From positions 496,001-560,000 of the forward strand of contig AP026173.1 in the NCBI GenBank assembly GCA_030295235.1: DNA of 64,000 bases, read 5' to 3'. Below, in pieces: positions 48,466 to 61,862 of the stretch. This stretch comes from Fistulifera solaris (Eukaryota). The position numbers and the translations under genes are program-made. Within the stretch, counting starts at the first letter, position 1, and every line of letters begins with the position of its first letter. The notes below the pieces were generated by a model. It was not told the origin of the DNA. It saw only the letters and a list, made by a program, of their open reading frames with translations, and made no database searches.

Positions 48466-50301
48466 ATGCTTTCGGGGTTCTGTATAATCTTCGGCGCATT
48501 GCTGTATGCTGAACGATGCTGCGCGTTTCTGCGAAATCCATCACGCACGTCCCGTGCGACGACTCCATTGCATTCTTTGACGGACAAAGTTTCCCATCCC
48601 ATCCCGGCCTTTCTCACGCAGTCCTTCAATACAGAGTGCGACAACACCAATCGCCCACCGTCGCTCAATATATTGTTGCGCAGCATACAGCAATTGACTT
48701 ATTCAGGAAGTGACATTCGCGGTTATTTCGTCGATCACAGTCGCTTTGGTAGTTTGGCCAGCGTCGCGCACGAAATAGGCAAGGTTCAGCTTCATTATCC
48801 AGCACTCACGCCTCTGGCGGCGTACTGTCTGGGTCATGCACTGGCGGATCAACTGTTGTTGGAGCATTCGGAGGATGAGATCATCCAGGTTGCCATTGGT
48901 CAAGATCCTCGCCTGCATGGCAAGCGTCTGGTTGATTCCTTTGCTCGCGGTGCCGAAGCGGCCGATCCCAAAGTGCATGTCGTATACACGGGAATTTCTA
49001 CCACACCCGCGTGTGCGGCGTTTGTTTCTTTGCACCATTGCCACGCGGGTGTCATGGTGACGGCGAGTCACTTGCCTTTCTATCGGAATGGATTCAAAAT
49101 CTTTTATCGATCGGGTGGAATGACGTTGCCGGTATTGCAAGATTTGGGGGCACGTGCCGGTACGATATTGAATCAATGGTTCTCGGCTGGCATTTTGCCA
49201 CCGGCATCGGGAGGAGTGGAAGTTCGTTGTTCCGCGCATGTGTCGTACATGCCGGCCTACGCGGAGTCACTGAAACGAGCCGTCATTCAAAATGTCGGAC
49301 GTGAGAACAAGCCTTTGGAAGGGCTAAAAATTGTTTTCAATCCAGGAAACGGAGCCGGTGGGTTTTTCTATGATGTGCTGAAGGACTTGGGGGCGGATGT
49401 TTTGGGGAGCATTCATTTGGAGCCGGACGGAAACTTTCCCAATGGTGTCCCCAACCCGGAATATGAGCCCATGCTCTCTAGTACAATCCGGGCTTGTGAA
49501 GCAAGCGGGGCTGATCTTGGAATCATGCTCGATACAGATGCTGATCGATGCGGCTTTGTGACGCGTGGGAAAGATGGAATTTACGAGCCATTGAACAGAA
49601 ACCGGCTGATTGCGCTGTTGGGAGTAATGTTTGCAGAATCATCGCCCGGTTGTGCCTTTGTAACGGACTCTGTTACGTCCGAAGGATTATCCACTTTCTT
49701 GAAGGGCTTGGGCTTGACACATGTTCGCTATGTTAAAGGCTACATGAACGTTATTTCCAAGGCGAAAGAATTAACCGAATCCGGTGAACTCAATGCAGAA
49801 GTCGCAATAGAAACGTCTGGGCACTGTGCCATGAAGGAAAACTCGTACTTGGACGACGGCACGTATACTGCTGTTAAAGTTGTTAGTTTACTCGCAAAAC
49901 AAAGAGCAACTCAACAATGCCCCAGCCTACTTGATTTGATATCTTCCATGCCTGAAATGGACGAAATTTCAGAACTTCGTATGCCTGTTTTCGACAAGTC
50001 GATCGAAACTATGCGAGAGGTGTTCGATTTGTGTGCACTGACAATGGAGGATCAATCGTCCATGCCGAGCAACACCTGGGAAACAGATACAGAGAATCTG
50101 GAGGGAATTCGTATTCGAACCGGTAACAATCAATTTTTGATGCTCCGAAAGAGCCTCCATGACCCTATTATTAGTTTACAAATAGAAGCACGAAGTGTGG
50201 AGGAAGCGCGTGCGACTATTGTTAAGCCTCTGTTGCAGATTTTCAAGGACGAAGAGCAGATTGTTAACAATCTGGATCTTTCCGTGCTCGAGCAGTATTA
50301 A
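48466..50301 (+). CDS. Phosphoglucomutase/phosphomannomutase family protein, predicted plastid-targeted
   Basis: Signal peptide with CCA-F site; GSDIRG, TASH (catalytic Ser), DTDADR metal loop, IETSGH. Confidence 0.92.
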   Translation: MLSGFCIIFGALLYAERCCAFLRNPSRTSRATTPLHSLTDKVSHPIPAFLTQSFNTECDNTNRPPSLNILLRSIQQLTYSGSDIRGYFVDHSRFGSLASVAHEIGKVQLHYPALTPLAAYCLGHALADQLLLEHSEDEIIQVAIGQDPRLHGKRLVDSFARGAEAADPKVHVVYTGISTTPACAAFVSLHHCHAGVMVTASHLPFYRNGFKIFYRSGGMTLPVLQDLGARAGTILNQWFSAGILPPASGGVEVRCSAHVSYMPAYAESLKRAVIQNVGRENKPLEGLKIVFNPGNGAGGFFYDVLKDLGADVLGSIHLEPDGNFPNGVPNPEYEPMLSSTIRACEASGADLGIMLDTDADRCGFVTRGKDGIYEPLNRNRLIALLGVMFAESSPGCAFVTDSVTSEGLSTFLKGLGLTHVRYVKGYMNVISKAKELTESGELNAEVAIETSGHCAMKENSYLDDGTYTAVKVVSLLAKQRATQQCPSLLDLISSMPEMDEISELRMPVFDKSIETMREVFDLCALTMEDQSSMPSNTWETDTENLEGIRIRTGNNQFLMLRKSLHDPIISLQIEARSVEEARATIVKPLLQIFKDEEQIVNNLDLSVLEQY

Positions 50302-50370
50302 GTGAATTATGTAGCAAAGGTTTATGGTTACTCAGTAGCATCCAGTAGCCACGTTTGATCAATTTACCCT

Positions 50371-52210
50371 TCAAAAGAAACGTCTAAGGGCAGCCGGTGC
50401 ACTCTCTTTCGGTTTGTGTGCAACGTTGCCTTCTCTATCATTGGCGTTTTCTAATTTTTCCTTCTCCCGAAGTTCACGTAGTTTAATAGTATTTTGATCC
50501 AAGATATTTCTGTGTTTTCGGCGAAGCTGTGTTTGAATTTTGCTTCTCCCTCGCTTCTTTGTTTTTGCTTCTTCTGAGGAACAGCCTTCGCATTCGCAGC
50601 TTCTTGCAAGTCGTGGAGACGCTCCAGTCGTTTGTGCGGGTCAGATTCTTCAATACCACCAACTTGATCGGGGTCAAGCGCAATCATTTCCGGTCGCAGC
50701 TTGTCGAGAAGTGCCCTTACTTCTTCTTCTTGTCGCTGTTTGGCATCCTGCATCGGGTTTGTATTGTATTCAGCTGTATCTACTGATGGCTCACCGGAAC
50801 CAGGAATCACAATATTGCTAATACCGTCGGCTTGTCCAATACCACAAACGTCTTCGAACGGTCGGAATCTGAGTGTTTCAACAGGCCTTTTTCCTCCCAT
50901 CAAATGATGCATATAGGGATCTTTCACTTTCTCTCTCAATGCCTCTCGGCCCCAAAAAGTAGCATGACAACCGTGCCCGATACCGAGAATGCCTCGCTGA
51001 CTAATGTCCAGCGACGTCGGAATACCTCCTACGGTAAAGTAGGAATGAAGCTCTTTGTACATCCGCAGGTCCCACACTCGGACTTGTTTGTCCGCACCAC
51101 CGGTGACCATCGTCCTTCCCGTTCGGTCCACCGCCAAACTATGAATGGCAGCGCCTTTGTGACAAAGGATCTTGGCAAGGAACTGCGAACTCGCTGGACT
51201 CCATAGGGTAACTGTGCCGTTGGAATGGCCAGCGTGCAAGACAGCGTTCGCTGGATTTTGCCTCAATACAGAACAAGCCCCGAGTCTGGTTCTATGCTGC
51301 GACACCAGCTGTCCTGTGCTCGTATCTTGATACTTCAGCCAGCCGGCTCGTCCAATAGTAGCCAAAAGCCAGTGATACGGCAAAAATTGCAAAGCCATCG
51401 GATCGTTGTGATCGGACAATCGGTGAACCTCAGCACCCGTGTGGTCGTAAATGAATACATGATTCTTTTGGGCAGCCGCAAAAGAGTAAAGTTCTGCAAG
51501 AAGCACGCATCTCTGACTCTTTCATGTACGGTGAATTCAGTAACCAGCGACTTGCTTTGACAGTCCATCATCGCCAGGTGTCCGACCGATTTCCCATAAA
51601 GAATGGAATACCGCCCGGAACGATCGTATTCTAAACCGTAGGGAGCGGATTGACTTAGCGAAAGGTCATAAATATTACTCGCCGCATGCGGGTCAACATG
51701 CTGTAATTGTCGTTTTAACGCGACTTGGCTGAGCCCTGAAGTTCGTTCCATTTCATTTTCGGCTTCCAACAAACCAGCCTGCTCGGTTTGCAAAATTTCC
51801 GCCGCATCGACGGCAGCCACGGCAGCCTGCAAGCGTTTGGTTTCGTGTCTCACGAGTGCGGTAGCGACTCGCTTCCGTCCTCTGTTTTGCAAAGCCAGTT
51901 TTTGTTTCTCATTCAATTTCGCCAGGTTGGGATTTTCGTCGTCCTTGCGAAGAGTCTCGCGTCGTTCTTGCGCTGTCTCCTTGGCCACTCCCCACAACTG
52001 CCTCTGGATGGCGTCCTCATTCTTTTCCTGACTTTTCGCCAGAAGCTGTTTCTGCTGAAGTAACGCCTCTTTGTTCGATAAACCTCTCGAAATTTTCATG
52101 CTCCCATCTGGATCAAATTCTTTCTCTCTCGATTTAGGCGCCGGCTCTCCTTTTGATGAATCATCCTTCTTCGAAAAGCCATCCGAGTGCTTTGATGTTC
52201 GTTTCGTCAT
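50371..52210 (-). CDS. UTP7: SSU processome WD40 protein Utp7/WDR46 (frameshifted)
   Basis: AEILQTEQAGLLEAE, FLPYHWLLA, GHSNGTVTLWSP, FRPFEDVCGIG, IPGSGEP, EVRALLDKLRPEMIALDP; ends APAALRRFF* at 50371. Confidence 0.92.
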
Positions 52211-52569
52211 TTTGTTGTAGCTATCGGGAAGAGACTGACAGTTGTGTATTGTTCATTCAGAGGAAAGCTATCCTATTATTGCAATACTTGATTTGGCAGA
52301 AAACATAAAATGGGTGGATTTGAACTTGCCCCGCACTTCTCTCGCGTTCGCGAATGAGGATTTGCGGTGGCCGAAGGACAGACGACACCTCAACTCACAC
52401 AAGACTGAATTTCAGTCGCGGTCCCTATTTTCTCCTTGCTGCGAACTTTAGACGACGAACTAGGTGCCAATAATGCTGAGTACTACTCTACTAGTCTGGA
52501 TGCCTGCAGCAATTGGTTTTCGTAAAACTTGCTTGTTTGCGGTTATTAATTGTTTGCCGTTTGTATTCC

Positions 52570-53704
52570 ATTGTCATTAATTAATCTAGGGCGACTCCAC
52601 GCGCCGTAGATCACTGAGAGACCCTGAATAATTGGCGAATTGTCAGGGGCTCCCGCTTTGCGATAAATTTCCAATGATGTTCGATAGAATATTTCGGCCT
52701 GCAAAGATCATCCTCCGCATCGAAAGCGTTGGCCAAGTTATGAGCGTCTCGGGCGACACAACAATGCTCTGTTCCGAATAGTTCTCTATGGATCCAAAAT
52801 ACTTTCGCAAAGCAGTTTCGAGCCTGCCGTGCGTTGCCCGAGCACAAGAACACCTCTCCTAAATGTTTCAATGTATCGATAGTGTCCACATGGGTGGGTC
52901 CGAGTTCGCCTTCGCGAATCAGAAAAGCTTCGAATAAATGGGAAATACTTTCGTTCCATCGCGCCGAGTTGCTGCAGGCCTGACCCAATAGATCCAGGCA
53001 TCGAGCACGGGCGATTGCTTTTGTAATACGCCAAATGTTTCTGCGGCCCTTTCGAGAATAGGAATGGCCTCATCATGCTGGTCTCGTTGAACTGCCGCGT
53101 TTCCTGTGTGAAGCATGGATACGGCTCGTCGGAATGCTTCCCTATGTTCTCTACGGTAATCGAGCATCGCTTGGCGCTCGAGTTGTTGCTGCAAGTCGAC
53201 AATGCAGCTTGGCTCAGGCAGTGTGTCGGGTGAAATTCGTTTGTAGGATACATTGCAAGGAGCGATGGTAGATTCATTGTCCTCTTCTTGAATTCCTGGC
53301 CTCTTTGTTCTCGATTTCGCTGATGGGCATCTCTCTGCTAGATCAATGATGCGAATACGCGAATTGGGTACCACTTTTCGATCTAACACGTCGAGTGCAT
53401 GGGGGTTTGACGTATTGGTTGCGGAAGATAATAAAGACGATGGCGTTACTGTTGAGCTAGCCGTAAGCTCATCCTCGAGATGTCGTTTAAACATTTGTGT
53501 TTTGGATGCGTTCATGTTTTTCACGTGGTATGGATACCTTGATTCGACCGCTTTCCTCGGATTGTAGCGAATTGTTCCGGTCATGTCAACAAATCGGAAG
53601 TTTTTCAACAGACTGTTAACGGCAAAGGAGGGCTTTATTTTGGGTTCTTTAACTTCCGCTCGTATATCCTGGCTCGCCGATGTCAATCGTGGTGACTTAA
53701 GCAA
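52570..53704 (-). CDS. Kinesin-light-chain-type TPR protein (copy 1, frameshifted)
   Basis: FEAFLIREGELGPTHVDTIDTLKHLG...LFGTEH..VA..AHNLAN. Both ends are approximate. Confidence 0.65.
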
Positions 53705-54134
53705 AAATAATGATTTACAATAATCACGTTCGTGGGTCTGCTAAAAAGCAAAGATGTATGCTTGATTTGCCGAACGGTTGAGTTGAAAAATTTTGTAAAG
53801 AAAAAGTCACTCATTCGTTGGCCGTTCCGCGTTCTTGTCCGTGTTCCGTGCGAAGGCAAATCTTTTTGATGTTTGATGGGCCGGATCGCGGATCTATCGC
53901 TAGCTGTTGCATCATAATGGCCATTAAGTATTCAAATCTATTATGATGGGTCATTGTTCCATGGAAGGTGTGATCTCCTAAGTAAGTGTAACGAGCCTCT
54001 AATCATTTTAATTTTGTACCTTTGATAATGTACTTTCAGTCTTTAAGTACTCTTAATTTTAACTGCTTCAACGGATGTGATTTCCTGAGTCAATAATTTC
54101 TAATATTTCGGCCTTCTGGCTTTGCATTCGCTTC

Positions 54135-54177
54135 GCTTGGCTTTGGCTTGGCTTGGCTTGGCTTTGGTTTGGCTTGG
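54135..54177. repeat. Imperfect (GCTTG)n pentanucleotide repeat
   Basis: gcttggctttggcttggcttggcttggctttggtttggcttgg. Confidence 0.8.
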
Positions 54178-54406
54178 TATTTTCGCTTAGCGTCTGCATG
54201 CCGTCCGATTAGCTAGGCAGTGCTTCGTATAGTGCCTTTCTTTGGCTACCGGTACCAGATTACAAAAGAAGTAATCATAATTCGTCATCCTCCAAAATCA
54301 AAACGTGACCTTCAAATTGTAATCGGCAGTCAGCTATACATGTCTCTATTCAAAGTCTAGTTTAAGCGTTTATTCTTGTTACAAATCACTATTCAAAAAA
54401 GTAAAA

Positions 54407-55931
54407 CTACACTTCTGCTCGAGCACCCCTTTTCATTTCCTTCAAGTTTTCAATGTCCTGTACAAGTCGAATGATGGAAGGGTGATTCTTGTGCAAAGGT
54501 AACTTGTGGTAGATAACCCAAGCTGTAAGGTAAAACTTCTTGGCCTCGTTGTAGTTACCAAGAGTGACAAGGACATTGGCGAGGTCATGAGACGCGAGAG
54601 CGACACCGGGATGAGTTGCACCAAAAATCAGTTTGCGCGACCAAAATACTTCTCGAAAGCACTTGAGTGCGCCTCTGATGTCACCCGAGTGAAGGAGACA
54701 TGATCCCAAATGATTTAGCGAGTCAATTGTATCCACGTGTTGTTTACCCAGCTCCCGCTGCCTTCTCAAGAATGATTCCTGAAAGCAGCAAATCGCTTTC
54801 TTCCAGTCACTTTTCTTTTTGAAAGCGATTCCCAACAGATTTGCAGCAAGGGCTATTGCGACATCTTTTCTTTTTCAGCTCTCTTACGTCTTTCACAGAA
54901 AGTGCAAGTACCCCAACGGCTGCATCTAGTCGTCCTCGTTTCAATTGAAGAGATCCCCATTTTACAAGTATGCGAGCTCGCCGTACAGATGGCCGTGATC
55001 TGCTTAAAACCATTTCAAAAACCTCCTCGTCTCCGTTGGTGGGGTCCACCGGTTGTGCTGTTTCATGATCTAATGGGTACATCAAAATTGCATCATCAAC
55101 AATACGCTGAAACTCATTTTCGATTGGATTTGTTGACGAAGATCCAGCGAAACTCGGTTCGATAGCTTCGAGTGAATCGAGTGGCGACTCAGAAGATGAG
55201 AAATCCGACAAATCAGCAAAGATTTCAGGAGAAGAGACGATCGATTGTTGTTGATCGCGTGATTCTGTCGACGCATTTTGATGTGTCTCTATTTGTTGTG
55301 CGTCCTCACATGATAGGTCAATCCGTAAAGGTTCAGGCTCTGGCAGTAAACTCGATGTTGAGGCGTCTCCATCGTTCAGGTCGCCGTGCGTGATAGTCTC
55401 CGCACCCTGCTCCCACAACTGTTCCGGCGATGCATCCTGATCAACTACACCGTGTTCCCGAGGTATTTGCAAGCTGGTTGTCAAGTCCACTACTGTTTCG
55501 CAAGCGTTTCTGTGAACTTTTTCCCGGTCGAGAAGTTCTGATGTGCGCTCTAGCAGTAATTCAACTCTTTGTTCGATCGAGGCACGACAGCATTCATCCG
55601 ACTCTGTTGTATCGGGGCTGCAGAACTCGTCGACACTCTCGGGCAAACAGCTCTCACTACTCGCTGTGGACCGTAGTTCTTCTTCCGTTGTATTCGTTTC
55701 ATCGTCCCTTCCATCAGCATCATCAACATTCATTCCATAGAGCTCTTTTGGAAGGAACGAAATTGTATTTTTCGAGTGATTGCTGCTCAGGGAAAGTGCT
55801 GGAATCTCCCCACAACTGGCTGTTTTTCCGCTGTTTCGGCGAATGAAACTCAATTCCACGGTTTCCAGTTCGTCGACCCACAGAACATGGCCGGCTTGTC
55901 CGACAGGACTGTTTGGTAGAGGAATGTTCAT
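54407..55931 (-). CDS. Kinesin-light-chain-type TPR protein (copy 2, frameshift near 54850)
   Basis: Long acidic N-terminus; RQRELGKQHVDTIDSLNHLG...IFGATHPGVALASHDLAN. Confidence 0.72.
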
Positions 55932-56184
55932 AATCTTGTCTTTTATTTAAACAGTAATTATGCCATTGATGATTCGTGAAACCTAAAAAGAAAATGTTAG
56001 ATTGTTTCGCAGAAGCGCACGGCTGCATTTTCTGGCGATCAATTTTTTCAAAGCGACGACAACGCGGGAAACCGCGAAACGCGTTCGCGCTCTGTCCAAA
56101 CCAGTGTCTCTCCAACAAAAACAAGTAGTATACTGCACATTGTACAGATGTTTTATACTCCGTACCATAACAAATTCGATTATT

Positions 56185-58196
56185 ATGGACAATGCATGTG
56201 AGATGTGAGCACGTGCTCCTGTCTGTTTCAATACCGGTTGTACTCGGAGTATAACATGTGAGAGACCGAACATTTAGAACAAAGCGCGGCGGAGATGTGG
56301 AGGATACAAAAGGCCTTGAAAAGAAAAGCAGAAACGACACACGAGCAACTTCATCATGGCGACATTTCATTATAATATATATTTTTTCCATCGAAAGAGC
56401 ACATCGTAATTCAAAATGCCCAACACGTCGCATCTTCTGCTGCTTTTGGATACATTCATTAGTCAAGATGCGACCGAGATCGAATCGGTAATGAGACTCG
56501 TGATAAATGAAATCCGAGCGGTTGGCATCCAGCTTAACGTGAGTGAGGTTGCTGACCCACTGCACTGCACAGATCATCTCTGCCGGGTCATACATGCTCT
56601 TATGACTGCGAAACCCGGTATTGTGAGAATCGCGAGCGCGAATGACGGGTCTTTGCCTTTGCACTTTGCGGCTTCGTTAGGGAAACCGGAAGTAGCTCAG
56701 CTTTTGCTCTCACAGGTGAGTTTCTTAAACATTGGAAGTTTTCTGTTTCATCTTCTCAACTTCATTTCCCGCCTCTAGTATCCGGAAGCAGCTTATATTC
56801 CAAACAAAAAGGGAAGATCGCCCTGCACTACGCGGCACGGGAAGGACGGCTGGAAATGGTCCGCTTCTTTCTGCATCATGTCCCTCGTACCGCCAGCATC
56901 TGCACCGACAAACAAAAACTTGCCATCCATTTCGCGGCAGGCGATGGGCACACTGAAATTGTCCGTCATTTGCTGGAAGTCTTTCCACAAGGCGCTAATT
57001 TACCGTCCGCGAAAGGCAAGTTGGCGATTCATTTTGCCGCTCGGTGGGACCATTTGGAAATTGCACAAGGTCTTCAATTCGTTTACCCAGATGGAGTGCG
57101 ACAAGTCGACTGGGAAGGAAATTTGCCACTGCATGATGCAGCACGAGAAGGGCAAGTCCGAATGGCGAGGTATTTGATAGATATGTATCCATCTGCGTTG
57201 TGCACGGCGAATATTCGAGACGAAATCCCGTTGTTTCCCGCTGTCCGCGCCGGGAATATCGATTTGATAGTGTTGATGATCCAAGCATGGCCTGGAGCTT
57301 GTAGACATGTTTTACGACAGTTATCGGCCGATGATAGAGTGGAAGACTGGGATATCATAGAGCTCCTGCTTCGTGGCGCTGTTCTGAACTTCCATGACTG
57401 CTCTATATTCACAGGACTTGAACCGCCTCCTGTCATTCTTCCTTACGATATGGAGCTCATTACTAGTGTTGGTTCGGAAAAGCCGAAGAAAAAGAGGAAA
57501 TTAGCACCTGTTTATGAAGCAAGTGCAATGTATACAAATCAGTTTACGCCTGAATTTGTGTCAAATGCAGCATCTATCGAAATTACAAAAGAGCATACAC
57601 GATGCAAGTCTCCCATCTTAGAGGAGATAGAGGTCAACCGAAAAAAGAGAATGACGCCATTTGAAGTAGGAATGAAGACAACAAATAAGCCTACACATGC
57701 TTTTGATCTTGACGATCTAAAGTTGACTGCGTCAGGTTCTGTGTTTCTACCCTTGCATGCAGCTCTGTCTGCCGGATCGTCCTTTCATGTTCTGCAGCGG
57801 GTGTTTGAGAAGTACCGGGATACAAGAAACGCGGTCGACAACATAGGTCGGACGACTTTGCATTGTGCGATGCAAATGGCTCACGACGACAAGACCATTC
57901 GTTTCATCATGGATAATATCTTGAGCCCTGAATCTGCCAGCACACGAGATTTGTACCATCGACTTCCACTTCATCTGGCTATCGCTTCCAAGGCCGACTC
58001 ACGAATCGTGGAAGCACTGCTGCAAGCTTATCCTCCGGCCGGTGTCGAAGTTTGTCGCAGCAGAAATGAGTGGTACGACATGCTTCCTATCCAAATGGCT
58101 GTGGAATGCGAATGCGATCTGAATGTTGTGTATCGTCTGCTTCGTACGGATCCGAGTTGCTTGGAAAAGGTGATACGCAAAGTTGATAACTGTTGA
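56185..58196 (+). CDS. Ankyrin-repeat protein; intron 56716-56778 and probable intron 56205-56278
   Basis: Repeated LPLHFAA / LAIHFAA / LPLHDAA / LPLHLAI motifs. The 5' structure is uncertain and contains frameshifts. Confidence 0.85.
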
Positions 58197-58341
58197 AGTA
58201 GTAGAATAGAATCATAAATAGAGTTTTGTATAGCAGTATGTCTCTACGCGTCAGAAAGAGAGAATGCAGTGCTTCTGAAGCAACATGAAGGCCCATGTGC
58301 CTCTCATAATTGTTTCTCACCCGCGAGCAATGATTATTCTT

Positions 58342-59100
58342 TTATTGTCGCGTCACTTCTCCTTTGGATCGGTACACTTCGGCGACTTCCGGATCGACTT
58401 GTTTCAAAATAAACTCCATGGCTTCATCAAAGTTGGGAATGTTGCGCATTTCAAACTTGGCCCCGTCCCGCAAAAGGCCACCAAATCCCCATCCCCAAAC
58501 AATCGCTTGGCGGTGCGGATTTCCACAATGTCCGGATAAACAATTTCGGCCATTTCCTTGCCACCAATCCCGGAGGTGACACGAATCCGACGCGTCGTAA
58601 TTTTGTAGCGGACCCAGGCTTGACGCGCCCAAGCGGCCGCCGCCGGAATGATCCCGACCACGGTCAAGATGGATACCGTGGGGGCAATCGTTTCGGTAAT
58701 GGCCGGTGGTCCTTCGTAGAATGTTTCTTCGGGAGCCAAGGCGGCCTTGGGTTTGACTTGCTTCGCGGATTCGGAAGAACCTTTTCGTTTTCCGCGTTTG
58801 ACCTGCGAGTGAGAGCGAGAAATGTGAGGAGACGGTTGCAAGAACGAAGGAATACCATCAGCGTGGTTGACGTACTTTGGCAGCACCTCGGCCCAGCAAT
58901 TCGGCCTTGTCGAGCAAATCGTCATCTTCTTCCTCGGCGGGTACGGAAGGCATAAAGACTGCTTCCTGGTTTTCTTCGGCCCAGATACGACTTGTAGATG
59001 GACTTGTCGAACATCGGGTCAACGAGGCAGGTTGTACAGAAAAGGCACTGACGCAGGGCGTCGCAACCAGAAGAGCTGTTGTGAAAGTGGAGAATTTCAT
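58342..59100 (-). CDS. Plastid-targeted bacterial-PH (bPH_2/DUF304-like) membrane protein; intron 58803-58875; 3' frameshift
   Basis: Signal peptide with VSA-F site; FYEGPP...WVRYKITTRRIRVTSG...IVYPDI...R.FG.GD...FEMRNIPNF, resembling cyanobacterial PH-domain proteins. Confidence 0.78.
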
Positions 59101-59587
59101 AGTGTATTATTTTATCTCAAGATGTTGATTGTGATTTAGCTTAATTTTGAATTGTGAGGGCGAGGACTTTATCGTCTAAGGCTGATGATGCGTCTTTGAG
59201 CGTTTTGTTCTGACTTGTTTTTCCTATCATCAGCGTTTGAAACGATGGAGATGACCGACATGTCGTTTCGCAAAAATGCGAGCAAAAAATAATAGCGTCC
59301 GTATGTATGCTATGCGAACCACGTCATCGTCTGTCTGGCCGTCGGATTCAGCGTTTGGACCATCTTCCGTGTCGTACCGGTGCGTTTCAAGAACATCCTC
59401 ACGGTTCGGCGCGAACCTCGGGGAATTTCGTTTTGCTCTCGATACTTCGCCGAAGTTCATGTTTAATTGAAACAATACACATTTCCTCTTTTCATTCAAA
59501 AAAGCATCAAAGATCAAAAGGAGCCGGAGAAGATCGTTCGTCGTGATAATCATTCAACTTTGCTGCTGACCAACAAACGATTCTACT

Positions 59588-59989
59588 ATGACAGCGCCGA
59601 CCTATTATGTCAGCATCACCGGATTGCAACTGAAATCCATCTTTTATGCTCCTCTCTTCTGGTATCATGCGATTCCATCCATGATCCAAGCCCGATCCTC
59701 GCCCGGCAACATCCGTGCCGAAGCCTTTGCTCACAACGGCATTCAGCACACTATCTCGGTGTGGACCGACCGGGAGAGTATGTTACAATACATGCGAAAA
59801 GGAGCCCATTTACAGGCGATGAAAGTCTTTGATACCGTCAGTGGTTATGGCAAAATATATGGCTACGAAACCGATTGTGTCCCCGTTGATCAAGAAGAAA
59901 TTTTAGAAATTTGGGAGAAGTATGGAAGGTTGGTGGGGAAAAGTAGACCAAGTGATAAAGAGGGAAATGCCGAGCAAGCCGTTCCTTGA
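59588..59989 (+). CDS. DUF3291-like / dimeric alpha-beta barrel protein
   Basis: YVSITGL...FWYHA..S..QA..SPGN...HTISVW.DRESM..Y...GAHL.AM. Confidence 0.7.
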   Translation: MTAPTYYVSITGLQLKSIFYAPLFWYHAIPSMIQARSSPGNIRAEAFAHNGIQHTISVWTDRESMLQYMRKGAHLQAMKVFDTVSGYGKIYGYETDCVPVDQEEILEIWEKYGRLVGKSRPSDKEGNAEQAVP

Positions 59990-60078
59990 GAACTGATCCA
60001 AATGGAGAGTTTTCGTGATTGTTTTTGACGCGATTGTGCGCAATATAATGTTTAATTAGTGTAAAAACTGTAAAGCAA

Positions 60079-61862
60079 TCAGCGACTATTCCTTCGGGCG
60101 AGTCGCTGATTTCTTGTAGCAGCCGAAGAATAATTCAAAATTTCATCTTGTTCGGATAGCATTGACTGCTTTTCGTTGTCGAAATTGTGATGCCCCAGAC
60201 TGATCAAAGAAATCGCGTCTTCCGAGCTGGAAGACTTGCTCGCCGTCGGATGGGCCCAGGATGGTGCCGTTCCGTTCAAACAAAATAATAAATAAAAAGA
60301 ACGACTACACCGAGATACAAGCCGAGCAGTAACAAACCAAACACTTCCAACTGCGCTATCAAATACCAATTGACCGCCATGCCAAGGCATGGTATCAATG
60401 GCACCCAGGGTGTTTGAAAGTAATGACTGTCGGGAAAGGGTGCGCTACTCGAGACATTGCCACTTTGGGTACATTGCAATAGAGTGCCACCAAATTGCGG
60501 TGACGCCGGGCATTGGATTGTCATGTACACGAGCGTCAGAGCTGCCGACAAGGCTGTGAACACGGCCAAGGCCAATTGCACGATCCCCCATGACGATTCG
60601 TGTGAGATCAGAATGGCAGTCAAAAAACACAAAACGTTGTATCCCATTAGACATCGTTCCAGTAAACCTGGATCATTCGGGGTGATTCGCGTCGTAGTAC
60701 GACTAAACTGGAATCCGTGAGCGAAAACGCTACCAAAATCCCGGCCGAAATCAGATCATTCAAATAGGTAAAGGGCACAAAGGCCGCCAACAAGGTCATG
60801 GCAGTTCCTTGAATTAAAGTTCCCATCACCAGATTCCCGTGAACATCCGTTTGGGCAAAAACGGCGGGCAATAACCCATCTTGTGCCATACCGTAGGTCA
60901 AACGTGGCTGTGCCAATAAAGAAATCAGGACGACGACCGGTAGAGTCACAATTTCTCCCCACGCCGCAATTTCGGCCGCCCATTCGACATGACGCGATCG
61001 AAAGGCACTGGGGAAACCCGAGGTCGGAGAAATGTCTTGCGGATTCTCCACCATACCGGTGAGAGCGATGGATGCCGTCACATAGGTGATGGTGACCAAC
61101 CCCAGTGTTCCTAGCACGGCACGTGGCATATCACGGACAGGATGTTTGGCTTCTCCCGCCACACAACAAACTTCGTCGTAACCCAAATATCCAAAGAAGC
61201 TACTAGTAGCTCCACGCAGTATACCAGCGGTAGGTATGGATGACTTGTGGCTGTTGTTGTAAGTACGTGTCGGACTCAACCAAAATCCTCCCGCAATCAT
61301 AAAGAAAACGAGCAACATTTTCATCATCGTTACAAAATTGGTTGCCGTTTTCGATTCTTTCACTCCTTTACCAACAGCAAAGTCGATAGAGCGGAAATCA
61401 ACAGTGCCGGAACATTCACCCAGCTCGATTCATTCGGAGCATTCTCCCCGCAATCACCAAAAGGACTTTATCACCCCATGACCGCGCCACGGCCGCACCC
61501 GCGATACCATATTCGAGGGTGAGACAGGAGGCGGCTAAAATGGCGGCCCATTGCCCAAAGCACACGTACGCATACGCATACGAAGAGCCCGCGGCCGGAA
61601 TCCGGCCACTGAGTTCGGCAAAACAAACGCCACTGCACGTGGCCGCGACACCCGATACCGCAAAACTACACCACGTCCACGTCCCCGCATATTGAGCGGC
61701 AATTTGACCCGTCAACACAAAAATGCCACTGCCGACGGTCCCTCCGACACCAATGCCCAATAAATCCCACAGTGACAAGTGCCGATGGAGTTGTTGTTGC
61801 TCGTACTGATAGACGGCGTGCAATGGTTTGCGAATCCACGGTGAATTGGGTGTTGTTGCCAT
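60079..61862 (-). CDS. Cationic amino acid transporter (APC superfamily) (frameshifted)
   Basis: GVGGTVGSGIFVLTG, FAELSGRIPAAGSSY.Y, FFGYLGYD, QPRL..GMA.DGLLP, F.TPWVPLIP. Confidence 0.9.

Noticed and set aside
55723..56664. 313-aa minus-strand ORF
   Set aside because: Antisense to the ankyrin gene's 5' exons and crossing a promoter region; no recognisable motifs.
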